Positions 7,852 through 18,461 are shown, numbered from the stretch's first letter. The stretch: 32,000 bases of DNA from Aliivibrio fischeri ES114 (GCF_000011805.1 NC_006840.2); one strand, 5' to 3'. The notes: a model not told the origin generated them from the letters alone. Made by a program: numbers and translations.

Positions 7852-9405
7852 ATGAAACTGAAACTCCATTGGATTGGACTCGCATTATTAGCAGGCTGTC
7901 AAACGGCACCAACACCTGAAAATACACAGCCTGATACTAACTCAGCAATCACCACGCCTTCAAAAACAGAGCCGAAAGCAGCAGAAGTTAAACCTGTTGA
8001 AAAACCGGCTCCTACCCCTCAAGAACAAGAAGATGTTTGGCAACGCATTGCTATGCAACTTGAGATGCCAATTCCAGATAATGAGTCGGTTGATTACTAC
8101 CGTAATTGGTATATCAAACACCCAAGCCACCTTCGTACCGTTGCAAAGCGTGCAAAGCCATTCTTATATATGATCACGGTTGAAATTGAAAAGCGTGGTT
8201 TGCCTATGGAATTAGTTTTACTCCCTGTAGTAGAAAGTGCATTTGACCCATTCGCCTACTCTCATGGTAGTGCTGCAGGTTTATGGCAATTTGTTCCAGG
8301 TACCGCAGATCGATTTAAACTAGAGCGAAACTGGTGGTATGACGGACGCCGTGATGTACCAGCAGCAACAACCGCAGCCTTAGATTACATGGAATATTTC
8401 GACAGTCGCTTTGATGGTAATTGGCAACATTCAATTGCCTCATACAACAGTGGCGCTGGCCGTGTATCTCGTTCAATTAAAAAGAACCAAAGATTAGGTA
8501 AGCCAACTGACTTTTTCTCTTTAGATCTTCCAAAAGAGACCAGTGGTTATGTTCCAAAACTGCTTGCTTTAGCTGATGTGATTAAAAACCACGAAAAATA
8601 CGGCGTAGAGCTACCACCAATTCCTAACAAACCCGTTTTAGAAATGGTTGATCCTAAGCAGCAGTTAGATCTTGCCATTGCCGCAGAGTTTGCGGGTATT
8701 TCCATAACAGAATTACAAGGTTACAACCCAGCTTATAATCAATGGGCAACCTCTCCCGATGGTCCATACCACTTATTACTGCCAATCGAACATGTTGACC
8801 AATTTAATGCCAATTTGAAAAAGAACGCGAACAAAACAATGAAAGTGGTTCGCTATAAAGTTCAATCAGGCGATACCATCAGTCAATTAGCAGTTAAGCA
8901 CAATACGACAACCAAGATCATTGAACAAACCAATGACTTAAATGGTGCAAACATTCGTGTTGGTCAATATCTATTGATCCCAACCGCTTCTAAAGGCAAT
9001 AAAACATATGCGTTAAGTGCCCCGCAACGCTTGAAAAAAACGCAAGCAAAAGCGAAAGGCAAATATAAGTTAACTCATAAAGTAAAAGACGGGGAAAGTC
9101 TGTGGAGTATTGCTCGTGATAACAGTATTTCTTACCGAGATCTTGCTAAATGGAACGGCATGGCTCCAAGAGATTCTTTACGTGTAGGCCAAAACTTGGT
9201 GATTTGGAAAAATAGCTCAGATGGTGCAATCATTCGAACTGTTCATTATCAAATCAGACAAGGTGATAACCTAAGCTCTATCGCACAGAAATTCAGTGTC
9301 GCTGTGACAGATATTATGAAATGGAATAACATCGAACGAGGCTCTTACATTAAGCCGGGACAAAAATTAAAACTTTACGTTGATGTTACTAAGGTAAACG
9401 TATGA
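7852..9405 (+). CDS. mltD: Membrane-bound lytic murein transglycosylase D (lipoprotein, SLT domain + 3 LysM repeats)
   Basis: Lipobox LLAGC at the N-terminus. SLT catalytic region LLPVVESAFDPFAYSHGSAAGLWQF. Three C-terminal LysM-like repeats (YKVQSGDTISQLA..., HKVKDGESLWSIA..., YQIRQGDNLSSIA...). It sits next to gloB, as in E. coli. Confidence 0.92.
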   Translation: MKLKLHWIGLALLAGCQTAPTPENTQPDTNSAITTPSKTEPKAAEVKPVEKPAPTPQEQEDVWQRIAMQLEMPIPDNESVDYYRNWYIKHPSHLRTVAKRAKPFLYMITVEIEKRGLPMELVLLPVVESAFDPFAYSHGSAAGLWQFVPGTADRFKLERNWWYDGRRDVPAATTAALDYMEYFDSRFDGNWQHSIASYNSGAGRVSRSIKKNQRLGKPTDFFSLDLPKETSGYVPKLLALADVIKNHEKYGVELPPIPNKPVLEMVDPKQQLDLAIAAEFAGISITELQGYNPAYNQWATSPDGPYHLLLPIEHVDQFNANLKKNANKTMKVVRYKVQSGDTISQLAVKHNTTTKIIEQTNDLNGANIRVGQYLLIPTASKGNKTYALSAPQRLKKTQAKAKGKYKLTHKVKDGESLWSIARDNSISYRDLAKWNGMAPRDSLRVGQNLVIWKNSSDGAIIRTVHYQIRQGDNLSSIAQKFSVAVTDIMKWNNIERGSYIKPGQKLKLYVDVTKVNV

Positions 9406-10094
9406 CACCTTCTTCAAATCCATTGATCTTATTGGTCGATATATTTCGTTCACCAGCTGACTGTTTTGCTGCGCTATACGAGCGTGGCAAATGGGCCTGG
9501 CTGCCTTATATTCTATTAATCTTTGCTCCATTTATGTTTTGGGGAACCTATTTCGATTTAGTGAATTTCGAATGGGTAACCACTAACTTGACCGCTCAAA
9601 TTGAGAGTATTGGTGGCCAAGTTCAACCTGAATGGCTAACAAAAGAAATATTACTAGCAGGCGAAGTAATCAATGATGTAACAGGCCGAACCGCTTCGAT
9701 TCTATTGCTTGCTTTATGGTTTAAGCTAGCAACAAAACAAAGCCAATATCAGCACGGTTATTTTAAGTGGGTTGCGGCAAGTACTATTGTGATGTTTCCA
9801 GCTCTAATTGGTGATATCGCAAGCTATGCCAGTTTACTACTTAATCATGCGAACATAATGCCTTATGCTGCTGACTTGAATAGTTTAAATGGACTAATGA
9901 AATTACCAATGACAGATCATTGGTCAGCTTACGCTAGCTCTTTCCCACTATTAATGCCTTGGTATATTGCTTTAAGCTATGCGGCTCTTGGGGCGTGGAC
10001 TGATTTAGATCGTTCTAAATCACTTATTATTGCCATCCTTCCTTGGATAACTTGTTTTACATTATGGGGCTTTATTACTGCTTTTTCAGGCTAA
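9402..10094 (+). CDS. Polytopic inner-membrane protein, Yip1-domain-like (about 5 TM helices)
   Basis: 230-aa ORF whose ATG overlaps the mltD stop (ATGA, 9402-9405). About five hydrophobic helices are readable, for example WLPYILLIFAPFMFWGTYF, ASILLLALWF, VAASTIVMFPALIGDIASYASLLL, FPLLMPWYIALSYAALGAW and LIIAILPWITCFTLWGFITAF. The family assignment comes from general architecture only. Confidence 0.75.
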   Translation: MTPSSNPLILLVDIFRSPADCFAALYERGKWAWLPYILLIFAPFMFWGTYFDLVNFEWVTTNLTAQIESIGGQVQPEWLTKEILLAGEVINDVTGRTASILLLALWFKLATKQSQYQHGYFKWVAASTIVMFPALIGDIASYASLLLNHANIMPYAADLNSLNGLMKLPMTDHWSAYASSFPLLMPWYIALSYAALGAWTDLDRSKSLIIAILPWITCFTLWGFITAFSG

Positions 10095-10941
10095 ATATCG
10101 CTTGTAATGGATTATGATCAGAAGCGTGACTCTTTATCGAGCGCGCTTCTTTTATATCTAACCCTCGATAAAAAATATGATCTAACGCTAACCCTGTCAT
10201 AAAGCGCATTCGCTCATCTGGCGAAAAAATCACTTCTTTCATATCCAACTCTTCAACTTGCTTTCTTAATGTCGCTAAACGAGCTTCACTCCACGTATTA
10301 AAATCACCAGCAATGATCATAGGACCACTATGACGACTCACTTCTTTAGATAAAGACGCTATCTGTTGCTGATAGTCTTCCGTTCCAATAGTGAAGTTAA
10401 TTGCATGGATGTTAATCACCATTAATTCTTGTCCATTCGATAATGGGTATTCGGATAATAGTGCAGATTTAGGTAATCTTAACCATGGTTCAACAACAGT
10501 ATGAGCACACACTCTAAGTGCTTGTTCTTTAGCAAGGCTTAATACCCCTGCACTGGTATCAAACACATCAAAAGCACGAACTAATTCTGCCGAATACCGT
10601 TTATTAACAACAAATTCTTTCAACTCAGGGGTTAAACTCGCCTCTTGTAATAGCACTAAGTCAGTTTTATTCGACAATTCAATTAATGCTTTTTTCCACC
10701 CTTCATTTTGCTGCTTATATATGTTCCATACCAATACACTTAACTCTCCATTACGATCTAAAGGAGCTGAAGCTGGAAACGTCTCACAACCCGATTGATA
10801 ACTAGGCTGAGCAGATATTTGAGTTTGAGATAATTCAATAAACTCAGGAGATTTAGGCACCGTAAAGATTATGGCTTTTGCCACTAAAGCCGCGGTAATC
10901 ACAAAAGCGATACCAGATAGCACAATCGTTTTCTTTTTCAT
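10075..10941 (-). CDS. yafD: Endonuclease/exonuclease/phosphatase-fold protein, YafD (UPF0294)-like, with N-terminal membrane anchor
   Basis: 288 aa sharing blocks with remembered E. coli YafD: LVWNIYKQQ, LVLLQEA..TPEL, LPKSALL, MVINIHAINF, HSGPMIIAGDFNTWS, LDHIFYRGL, ASDHNPL. The N-terminus MKKKTIVLSGIAFVITAALVAKAIIF is a TM/signal anchor. Confidence 0.85.
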   Translation of the reverse strand: MKKKTIVLSGIAFVITAALVAKAIIFTVPKSPEFIELSQTQISAQPSYQSGCETFPASAPLDRNGELSVLVWNIYKQQNEGWKKALIELSNKTDLVLLQEASLTPELKEFVVNKRYSAELVRAFDVFDTSAGVLSLAKEQALRVCAHTVVEPWLRLPKSALLSEYPLSNGQELMVINIHAINFTIGTEDYQQQIASLSKEVSRHSGPMIIAGDFNTWSEARLATLRKQVEELDMKEVIFSPDERMRFMTGLALDHIFYRGLDIKEARSIKSHASDHNPLQAIFSLKKQ

Positions 10942-10970
10942 AAACAGAAAAGGAGTGACTCATCACTCCT
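10942..10970 (-). terminator. Terminator-like hairpin after glnB, 9 nt upstream of the yafD ATG
   Basis: Perfect 8-bp stem AGGAGTGA (10951-10958) / TCACTCCT (10963-10970) with a 4-nt loop. On the minus strand it is followed by TTTCTGTTT and then ATG (10941). Confidence 0.55.
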
Positions 10971-11058
10971 TCCTTCTATTAACACCAATACAATCACTGT
11001 ATTTCAGCTCAATAATGAACAACAATCATCACATTAGTATGAGTATAAATTGATACTA

Positions 11059-11406
<348 letters not shown>

Positions 11407-11432
11407 TTAACATCAATATTGAATATATAGCC

Positions 11433-11461
11433 ATTATCGTTGAGTGACTACAAACATTCAA
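11433..11461 (-). promoter_or_regulatory. Predicted sigma70 promoter of glnB
   Basis: On the minus strand: TTGAAT (11461-11456), a 17-nt spacer, then GATAAT (11438-11433). It lies directly downstream of the cytochrome c terminator and about 35 nt upstream of the glnB SD AAGGGA. Confidence 0.5.
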
Positions 11462-11463
11462 TA

Positions 11464-11492
11464 ATAAAAAAGCACCGCATACCAGCAGTGCT
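11464..11492 (-). terminator. Rho-independent terminator after the cytochrome c gene
   Basis: On the minus strand AGCACTGC / GCGGTGCT forms an 8-bp stem with one G-U pair and a 6-nt loop, followed by TTTTTATTAT. Confidence 0.75.
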
Positions 11493-11539
11493 TTAATTTA
11501 TGATTTTGTTTTAAAATAATACCGTTAATGAAATTACTA

Positions 11540-11851
11540 TTATTTCATCGTTGAGTAATACGCAGCTAAGTTTTCCATATCAGTATCACTTAGCATCATA
11601 GACATTGGTTGCATAATGGCTGAGTTACCACCACTTCGCTCTTTATTTTTGTATGCTTTTAATGACGATACGATATATTGAGCATTCTGACCTTTCAGAT
11701 TTGGATAACCCGGAATAACTGCAATTCCATCAGCTCCATGACATGATGCACAAATTGCCGATTTTGCTTTTCCTGCTGCAGCATCACCCGCTGCCAATGC
11801 CGGTGCTGAGGCCATTAATGCGATAACCGCTAATCCAATTATTTTTTTCAT
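11540..11851 (-). CDS. Periplasmic monohaem class I c-type cytochrome (resembles one cytochrome c4 half-domain)
   Basis: 103 aa. Signal peptide MKKIIGLAVIALMASAPALA, haem motif CASCH, distal Met region IMQPMSMM, and the c4-like pattern GDAAAGKAKSAICASCHGADG...PNLKGQ...LSDTDMENLAAYY. AGGAG lies 7 nt before the ATG. Confidence 0.85.
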   Translation of the reverse strand: MKKIIGLAVIALMASAPALAAGDAAAGKAKSAICASCHGADGIAVIPGYPNLKGQNAQYIVSSLKAYKNKERSGGNSAIMQPMSMMLSDTDMENLAAYYSTMK

Positions 11852-11902
11852 TCCATTGCTCCTTATAATTTTAAGTTATTGTGCCAAGCTCGTTTTGAAT
11901 GT

Positions 11903-13231
11903 CTATTCTGATACAGGTTTATGCCAAAGTAGCTCACATTCTTGCCCTGAAAATGCTTTGCAAACAAACAATCCAGCAACAGCAGCTAATTCATCATTAT
12001 AAAACACCATTGGTAATCGTGAACGTTGCCAAGTAGGTACTTCATACTCTTGATACAGTTTTTTCATTTTACGGCTATGTTGACGTTTCTCGGGATGTGG
12101 CGCCAAACCAACAACATTAAAACGCACCTCTACTTTTTCATTAGGTAACGGTGCTCTTAATTGTAAAATACTGCTCTTCTCATGATTACTAAACTTAGCT
12201 CTCAGCTCTAGCTCACCAAGATTATCTGGTAGTGCAATTTTTCCTTCTAACGCCTTTTTCCACAAAGACAGATCTTGGTATTTAGGCACACAATAAATAT
12301 AACCTTGATAACGTCGTATTTGTACAATTCCCAACTCTAAACAAGGATTTGCATCTTGTTGAGCCATAGCAACCTCATTCCATAAAATATGAAGTTGAGT
12401 TTGACTAGGAAGTGGGATAGCAAACAATTTCAGCCATAGTCGCAATAACATATTACGAGATGCTAGTGATTCTGGTTCAATTTGTTTGATAGATAGACCT
12501 TGAAATTCATTTTGAAACAGTTGCAATTTAGGTTGCAATAATTCAACCAACAACGCTTCTTGCTCCGCACATAATTGAGCACTTCGAGAAACAGCAGAAG
12601 CAAAACTTGGCCAACGTTGAGATAACACGGGAGTTATCTCATGACGTAAGAAATTACGATCAAATCGAGTATCTTGATTACTTTCATCTTCAACCCAAGT
12701 TAACTGATGCTGTTGAGCATACTCTGTAATGTGCTGACGAGAGGTAAATAATAACGGTCGGCATTTATACCCAGTTTTAAGCGGGATAATTGAAGGCATA
12801 GAAGAGAGTCCAGCAGGACCACTGCCACGCTTAAGCGCTAAGAAAAACGTTTCTACTTGATCGTCTTGGTGTTGACCCGTAAGTAATAAACTATTCGATT
12901 GCATATACTTTTCTAACGCATGATAACGAGCTTTTCTTGCCACTTCCTCTAAGCTCTCTTGCGGACTTACTTTTAAATTTACTCGCTCGATATAAAGCGG
13001 AATATCTAATTCTTTACAATAAGAAGCGCAACTCACTTCCCAATCATTAGCATGCAGACTTAATCCATGATTAACATGAACAGCCATACATTCCAATTGC
13101 TTTTCCTTCGCGTACATTCCAGCTAAACGCAATAACACCATTGAATCAACGCCACCACTTAATGCGACAATAAGATGTGGTTTTTTAACGGAATAAGATG
13201 TTATTTGCTGAGAAAAATGAGAATAAAGCAT
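11903..13231 (-). CDS. tilS: tRNA(Ile)-lysidine synthase
   Basis: PP-loop motif ALSGGVDS near the N-terminus; length and position downstream of accA fit tilS. I place the start at ATG 13229-13231. The track's GTG at 13273 lies inside the accA terminator stem. Confidence 0.88.
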   Translation of the reverse strand: MLYSHFSQQITSYSVKKPHLIVALSGGVDSMVLLRLAGMYAKEKQLECMAVHVNHGLSLHANDWEVSCASYCKELDIPLYIERVNLKVSPQESLEEVARKARYHALEKYMQSNSLLLTGQHQDDQVETFFLALKRGSGPAGLSSMPSIIPLKTGYKCRPLLFTSRQHITEYAQQHQLTWVEDESNQDTRFDRNFLRHEITPVLSQRWPSFASAVSRSAQLCAEQEALLVELLQPKLQLFQNEFQGLSIKQIEPESLASRNMLLRLWLKLFAIPLPSQTQLHILWNEVAMAQQDANPCLELGIVQIRRYQGYIYCVPKYQDLSLWKKALEGKIALPDNLGELELRAKFSNHEKSSILQLRAPLPNEKVEVRFNVVGLAPHPEKRQHSRKMKKLYQEYEVPTWQRSRLPMVFYNDELAAVAGLFVCKAFSGQECELLWHKPVSE

Positions 13232-13256
13232 ATCAATTAAACCTAAGGTTTCTTCC

Positions 13257-13284
13257 AATAAAAAAGCGAGCACTCAGGCTCGCT
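13257..13284 (-). terminator. Rho-independent terminator after accA
   Basis: On the minus strand: AGCGAGC, loop CTGAGT, GCTCGCT (13284-13265), followed by TTTTTATT. It lies 33 nt upstream of the tilS ATG. Confidence 0.7.
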
Positions 13285-13343
13285 TTCACTTTACTCTATC
13301 TTATTGGATTACGCGACTACTGTGCGCGAATCAATAAATGCTA

Positions 13344-14303
13344 TCAGCAGTAACCATAGCTCATTAAGCGTTGGTAACGACGCTCAAGTAAAGCTTCATT
13401 ATCAAATGCATCAAGCTCTTTTAACTGCTCAAGCAAACGCTGTTTAATGTTCTCAGCTGTCGCTTTATGATCACGATGTGCGCCACCTAAAGGCTCATCA
13501 ATAATCGTATCAATCAGCTCAAGCTCTTTTAGGCGAGGTGCAACAAGACCCATAGCTTCTGCAGCTTGTGGCGCCTTATCTGAATCACGCCATAAGATTG
13601 AAGCACAACCTTCTGGAGAAATTACTGAATACGTTGAGTATTGAAGCATGTTTACGTAATCACCAACACCGATAGCTAATGCACCACCAGAACCACCTTC
13701 ACCAACAACGTTACAGATAACTGGAACACTTAGTTCAGACATGATTTTTAGGTTCATAGCGATAGCTTCTGATTGGCCGCGCTCTTCTGCACCAACACCA
13801 GGGTAAGCGCCTGCTGTATCAATAAATGTAATTACTGGCATATTAAAACGCTCAGCCATTTGCATTAAACGTTTCGCTTTACGGTAACCTTCAGGTTTTG
13901 GCATACCAAAATTACGTATTACTTTTTCTTTTGTACCACGACCTTTTTGATGACCAATAACCATTACAGGGCGACCATCTAAACGAGCAATACCGCCAAC
14001 TAATGCTTTATCATCAGCAAACGCACGATCGCCTGCTAATTCATCAAACTCAGTAAACATATGCTCAATGTAATCAAGAACGTAAGGACGCTCTGGGTGA
14101 CGAGCAAGTTGAGCAACTTCCCATGCACCTAAATCACTAAATGTTTTCTTTTTAAGCTCAAGGCATTTATCTTCTAATTGCTTTATCTCTTTTTCTAGAT
14201 CAAGCGCATTTTCACCGCCACGACGAGAGATCTCACGTAACGCTTCTACTTTCGCTTCTAGTTCAGCAATTGGTTTTTCAAATTCAAGAAAATTCAGGCT
14301 CAT
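13344..14303 (-). CDS. accA: Acetyl-CoA carboxylase carboxyltransferase alpha subunit
   Basis: [23 protein letters not shown]... is colinear with E. coli AccA (319 aa). The ATG is at 14301-14303, with AAGGA 7 nt upstream. The track's extra TTG codon is dropped. Confidence 0.96.
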   Translation of the reverse strand: MSLNFLEFEKPIAELEAKVEALREISRRGGENALDLEKEIKQLEDKCLELKKKTFSDLGAWEVAQLARHPERPYVLDYIEHMFTEFDELAGDRAFADDKALVGGIARLDGRPVMVIGHQKGRGTKEKVIRNFGMPKPEGYRKAKRLMQMAERFNMPVITFIDTAGAYPGVGAEERGQSEAIAMNLKIMSELSVPVICNVVGEGGSGGALAIGVGDYVNMLQYSTYSVISPEGCASILWRDSDKAPQAAEAMGLVAPRLKELELIDTIIDEPLGGAHRDHKATAENIKQRLLEQLKELDAFDNEALLERRYQRLMSYGYC

Positions 14304-14323
14304 CAAAGAATCCTTGTTAGTTT

Positions 14324-14347
14324 AAGAACACTCAAATTAGTGTTCTT
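14324..14347 (-). other. Stem-loop without U-tract between dnaE and accA
   Basis: Perfect 8-bp inverted repeat AAGAACAC (14324-14331) / GTGTTCTT (14340-14347) with an 8-nt loop. No T-run follows on either strand. It ends 8 nt upstream of the accA SD (14311-14315). Confidence 0.5.
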
Positions 14348-14354
14348 CAATAAT

Positions 14355-17300
14355 CTAGTTAAATTCAAGCTCGACTTGTTGTTCGCCAAGCAACGACTTT
14401 AAATCATCCATCAGTTGGTCGGTTGGCGTTACTCGCCATTCTGTCCCTAAGACCAACTTCACTCGAGCATCTGCTCGTTGATAATATACGTTGACCGGAA
14501 CTGTCCCTGCCCGGTTAGGCTCTAGTATTTGACTAAAGCGCTCAAAAAATTGGTTATTAATTTGAGATTCGGTTACCGATACGGATAACCCACGTGCGTA
14601 CTTTTCGCGCGCATCGCCCAATGACATCACTTCACGGGCAGACATTTTAAGCCCACCATTGAAATCATCAAAGCTGACCTGTCCAGAAACAAGGACTATT
14701 TTATCAGTTTCTAGTAAATCTGCGTATCGATCAAGCGCATCTGAGAACAACATCACTTCCATTCGGCCAGATCTGTCGTCTAACGTCATTAAACCAATAC
14801 GTGTCCCACGTTTAGTGGTCATTACTCTAGCAGCTATTACTAAGCCTGCAACTGTTACCGTTTGATCGCGTCGAGTTACGTGAGCATCGTTCAAACGCCA
14901 TGTCGTATATCGAGACAACTCTTTAATATACGCATTAACAGGGTGACCTGTTAAATAAAGCCCTAATGTTTCTCTTTCCCCTTCTAGCCACACTTTCTCT
15001 GGCCATTTAGGGACATGAATATACGCTTGTTCTACTTCTTCAGGTGCTTGAGTTAATACACCAAACATATCAGATTGACCAAAAGACTCCGCCTGATGGT
15101 GTTGACCCGCTGCTTTCATCGCATCATCCAATGATGCCATTAATGCAGCTCGGTGTGGTCCTAGTCTATCTAATGCTCCAGCACGGATCAGTTTTTCAAC
15201 TACTCGTTTATTGGTTTTCTTAGTATCGATACGAGCACAGAAATCAAATAAGTCTCTAAAGTGACCACCTTTGTTTCTTGCTTCAATAATATTTTCAATT
15301 GGGCCTTCACCAACCCCTTTAATCGCACCAATGCCGTAAACAATCGCGCCTTTCTCATCAACGTTAAAACGATACAAACCAGAGTTAACATCCGGTGGTA
15401 ACACGGTTAATTTCATACGGAAACACTCATCAACAAGACCAATGATCTTATCCGTGTTATCCATATCCGCCGTCATTACCGCAGCCATAAACTCTGCTGG
15501 ATAATGTGTTTTTAACCATAATGTTTGATAAGAAACTAAAGCATAAGCCGCTGAGTGAGATTTGTTAAAACCATAGCCTGCGAATTTTTCTACTAAGTCG
15601 AAGATTTTCATCGACAATTCGCCATCAACACCGTTTTTCTCAGCACCTTCTTTAAAAGTACCACGCTGCTTGGCCATTTCTTCTGGTTTTTTCTTACCCA
15701 TTGCACGACGAAGCATATCCGCGCCACCTAGCGTATAACCCGCTAAGATCTGTGCAATCTGCATAACTTGTTCTTGATACAAGATAATGCCGTAAGTAGG
15801 TTCTAACGTCTCTTTTAACGATTCGTGCTGCCATGTTGCATCAGGGTAAGATACTTCTTCTCGACCATGTTTACGGTCAATGAAGTTATCTACCATGCCT
15901 GATTGAAGCGGACCAGGACGGAAAAGAGCTACCAGTGCGATGATATCTTCAAAACAGTCCGGTTGAAGACGTTTAATCAGATCTTTCATACCTCGAGATT
16001 CCAACTGGAATACCGCGGTAGTTTCTGAATTTTGTAATAAATTAAATGATGCTTGATCTTCGAGAGAAATGGATTCAATTCGAACTGGCTCTTTACCCTC
16101 TCTTTCAAGTCGAGGGTTAATTAGCCCTAATGCCCAATCTATGATAGTTAGCGTTCTTAACCCTAAGAAGTCAAACTTAACTAGACCAGCAGTTTCAACG
16201 TCATTTTTATCAAATTGAGTTACAGGGAAATGGCCATCAGCATCACAATACAAAGGAGCAAAGTCTGTGATTGTAGTTGGTGATATTACAACACCACCGG
16301 CGTGCTTACCTGCGTTTCGAGTACAACCTTCAAGAATACGACACATGTCGATCAGAGCTTTTACTTCTTCATCTGCATTATACAGCTCTGGAAGTTGAGG
16401 CTCGGCTTCAAATGCTTTAGCTAGTGTCATTCCAGGATCAGATGGAACTAACTTCGAAATACGGTCAACAAAACCGTAAGGGTGCCCAAGCACTCGCCCT
16501 ACATCACGAATTACCGCTTTTGCCGCCATGGTACCAAAGGTAATAATTTGAGATACCGCATCACGGCCATACATTTCGGCTACGTGCTCAATAACCTGAT
16601 CTCGTTTATCCATACAAAAGTCGATATCGAAATCGGGCATAGATACACGTTCTGGGTTCAAGAAACGTTCAAAAAGAAGATCGTATTCAAGAGGATCAAG
16701 GTCTGTAATATCTAATGCATAAGCAACAAGAGAACCTGCACCTGAACCACGTCCTGGGCCTACAGGAATTGCATTATCTTTTGACCATTGAATGAACTCC
16801 ATTACGATCAAGAAATAACCAGGGAATCCCATTTGGTTGATTACATCGAGTTCAATCTGTAAACGGTCATCGTATTCAGGTCGACGTTCTAAGCGTACTT
16901 TCTCATCAGGAAATAAAAACGCCAAACGTCTTTCTAAGCCTTCTTGAGATTTCTTAACGAGAAAGTCTTCAATTTTCATCCCTTCAGTAGGGAAATTAGG
17001 TAGGAAATACTCACCTAAGCGTACGGTTACATTACAACGCTTTGCTATTTCAACACTGTTCTCTAGTGCCTCTGGAATATCTGAAAATAATTCACACATT
17101 TCCTCTTCAGAACGTAAGTATTGTTGATCACTGTATAATTTAGGTCGACGAGGGTCTTCTAATGTAAAGCCATCATGAATCGCAACACGAATCTCATGAG
17201 CATCAAAATCATCGGCCTTTATAAAACGAACATCATTGGTTGCAACAACAGGTAAGTTTTCTTTTTCAGCTAATTCAACCGCAAAATGAAGATAGCTTTC

Positions 17301-17834
17301 TTCATCTGCTCGACCTGTACGCGTTAATTCTAAATAATAATGTTCAGGAAAATGCATTTGATAAAATTCAACACACTCATTAACGAGTTCTTTATTTCCT
17401 TTTAATAACGCTTTACCAACATCACCACTTTTGCCACCAGAAAGCAGGATTAACCCTTCTTTATGGTTAACCAACCACTCTTTGTCCATTACCGGAGTGT
17501 GCTGAACATGACCTCGTTGATAGGCTTCAGAGATTAATAAAGTCAGGTTTTTATAACCTTCATTATTTTTTGCAAGTACCGTTAAATTAAAAAGCTCATT
17601 GCCAAACTCTTGGGATTGAACTTTAAAGTCAGCACCAATAATCGGTTTGACTCCTGCGCCATGAGCAGCAAAATAATACTTAACTAAACCACATAAATTG
17701 GTAAAGTCAGTCAATGCCATTGCAGGCATACCAAGTTCACCGACTTTTTTTACCAATGGTGGTACTTTAGATAAGCCATCCACCATTGAGAAGTCACTAT
17801 GAACTCTTAAATGTACGAATTTAGGTTCAGACAT
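14355..17834 (-). CDS. dnaE: DNA polymerase III alpha subunit
   Basis: 1159 aa with an N-terminal PHP domain ([11 protein letters not shown]...), polymerase core and C-terminal OB region. Size and position match E. coli DnaE. Its ATG shares one base with the rnhB stop (TAATG). Confidence 0.97.
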   Translation of the reverse strand: MSEPKFVHLRVHSDFSMVDGLSKVPPLVKKVGELGMPAMALTDFTNLCGLVKYYFAAHGAGVKPIIGADFKVQSQEFGNELFNLTVLAKNNEGYKNLTLLISEAYQRGHVQHTPVMDKEWLVNHKEGLILLSGGKSGDVGKALLKGNKELVNECVEFYQMHFPEHYYLELTRTGRADEESYLHFAVELAEKENLPVVATNDVRFIKADDFDAHEIRVAIHDGFTLEDPRRPKLYSDQQYLRSEEEMCELFSDIPEALENSVEIAKRCNVTVRLGEYFLPNFPTEGMKIEDFLVKKSQEGLERRLAFLFPDEKVRLERRPEYDDRLQIELDVINQMGFPGYFLIVMEFIQWSKDNAIPVGPGRGSGAGSLVAYALDITDLDPLEYDLLFERFLNPERVSMPDFDIDFCMDKRDQVIEHVAEMYGRDAVSQIITFGTMAAKAVIRDVGRVLGHPYGFVDRISKLVPSDPGMTLAKAFEAEPQLPELYNADEEVKALIDMCRILEGCTRNAGKHAGGVVISPTTITDFAPLYCDADGHFPVTQFDKNDVETAGLVKFDFLGLRTLTIIDWALGLINPRLEREGKEPVRIESISLEDQASFNLLQNSETTAVFQLESRGMKDLIKRLQPDCFEDIIALVALFRPGPLQSGMVDNFIDRKHGREEVSYPDATWQHESLKETLEPTYGIILYQEQVMQIAQILAGYTLGGADMLRRAMGKKKPEEMAKQRGTFKEGAEKNGVDGELSMKIFDLVEKFAGYGFNKSHSAAYALVSYQTLWLKTHYPAEFMAAVMTADMDNTDKIIGLVDECFRMKLTVLPPDVNSGLYRFNVDEKGAIVYGIGAIKGVGEGPIENIIEARNKGGHFRDLFDFCARIDTKKTNKRVVEKLIRAGALDRLGPHRAALMASLDDAMKAAGQHHQAESFGQSDMFGVLTQAPEEVEQAYIHVPKWPEKVWLEGERETLGLYLTGHPVNAYIKELSRYTTWRLNDAHVTRRDQTVTVAGLVIAARVMTTKRGTRIGLMTLDDRSGRMEVMLFSDALDRYADLLETDKIVLVSGQVSFDDFNGGLKMSAREVMSLGDAREKYARGLSVSVTESQINNQFFERFSQILEPNRAGTVPVNVYYQRADARVKLVLGTEWRVTPTDQLMDDLKSLLGEQQVELEFN

Positions 17835-18457
17835 TATTCAATCCCTAAAACGCGTTTTACGGGTTTAAAACTTCGGCGATGCTCAGAAATAACACCGTGC
17901 TCTTCAATTGCTTCAAAGTGTGCTTTTGTCGGATAGCCTTTGTGCTTCGCAAAACCATATTGAGGATAAGCTTTATCTAACTCCTCCATCTCTCTATCAC
18001 GAGTAACCTTTGCAATAATGGACGCGGCGCTGATCTCTTGAACACGTAAGTCCCCTTTTACTACAGCAAGCCCTGCCATTGGTAATTCAGGCACTTTATT
18101 ACCATCAATTAATGCAAAATCAGGAGTAATATTAAGACCAGCAATCGCTCTTTGCATAGCAACCATAGTCGCTTGAAGAATATTTAATTCATCAATCTCA
18201 TGCGCTTCACAACGACCTAATGACCACGCTAATGCTTTTTCTTGAATTTCAGGAAATAGCAACTCACGCTTTTTATCCGTTAATTTCTTAGAATCGGTTA
18301 ACCCTTCAATTGGGTTATTAGGATCCAAAATAACCGCAGCGGTCACAACGGCTCCGACTAAAGGGCCACGACCAACTTCATCAACTCCAGCGAAAAGTTG
18401 ATATCCTTCTGGATACTCAAATGGCGGTAATTCTTTTGATTCTGCTTTTTTTGTCAT
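17834..18457 (-). CDS. rnhB: Ribonuclease HII
   Basis: 207 aa with the motif [19 protein letters not shown] and ...IAKVTRD.... It sits between lpxB and dnaE, as in E. coli. Confidence 0.95.
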   Translation of the reverse strand: MTKKAESKELPPFEYPEGYQLFAGVDEVGRGPLVGAVVTAAVILDPNNPIEGLTDSKKLTDKKRELLFPEIQEKALAWSLGRCEAHEIDELNILQATMVAMQRAIAGLNITPDFALIDGNKVPELPMAGLAVVKGDLRVQEISAASIIAKVTRDREMEELDKAYPQYGFAKHKGYPTKAHFEAIEEHGVISEHRRSFKPVKRVLGIE

Positions 18458-18461
18458 CTGG

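Noticed and set aside
10951-10990. Out-of-frame upstream ATG (10958-10960, minus strand) after AAGGAG in the glnB-yafD hairpin, as a possible leader peptide
   Set aside because: SD-to-ATG spacing is only 2 nt. The frame simply reads across the yafD start in +1 with no conservation argument. It is treated as a by-product of the hairpin sequence.
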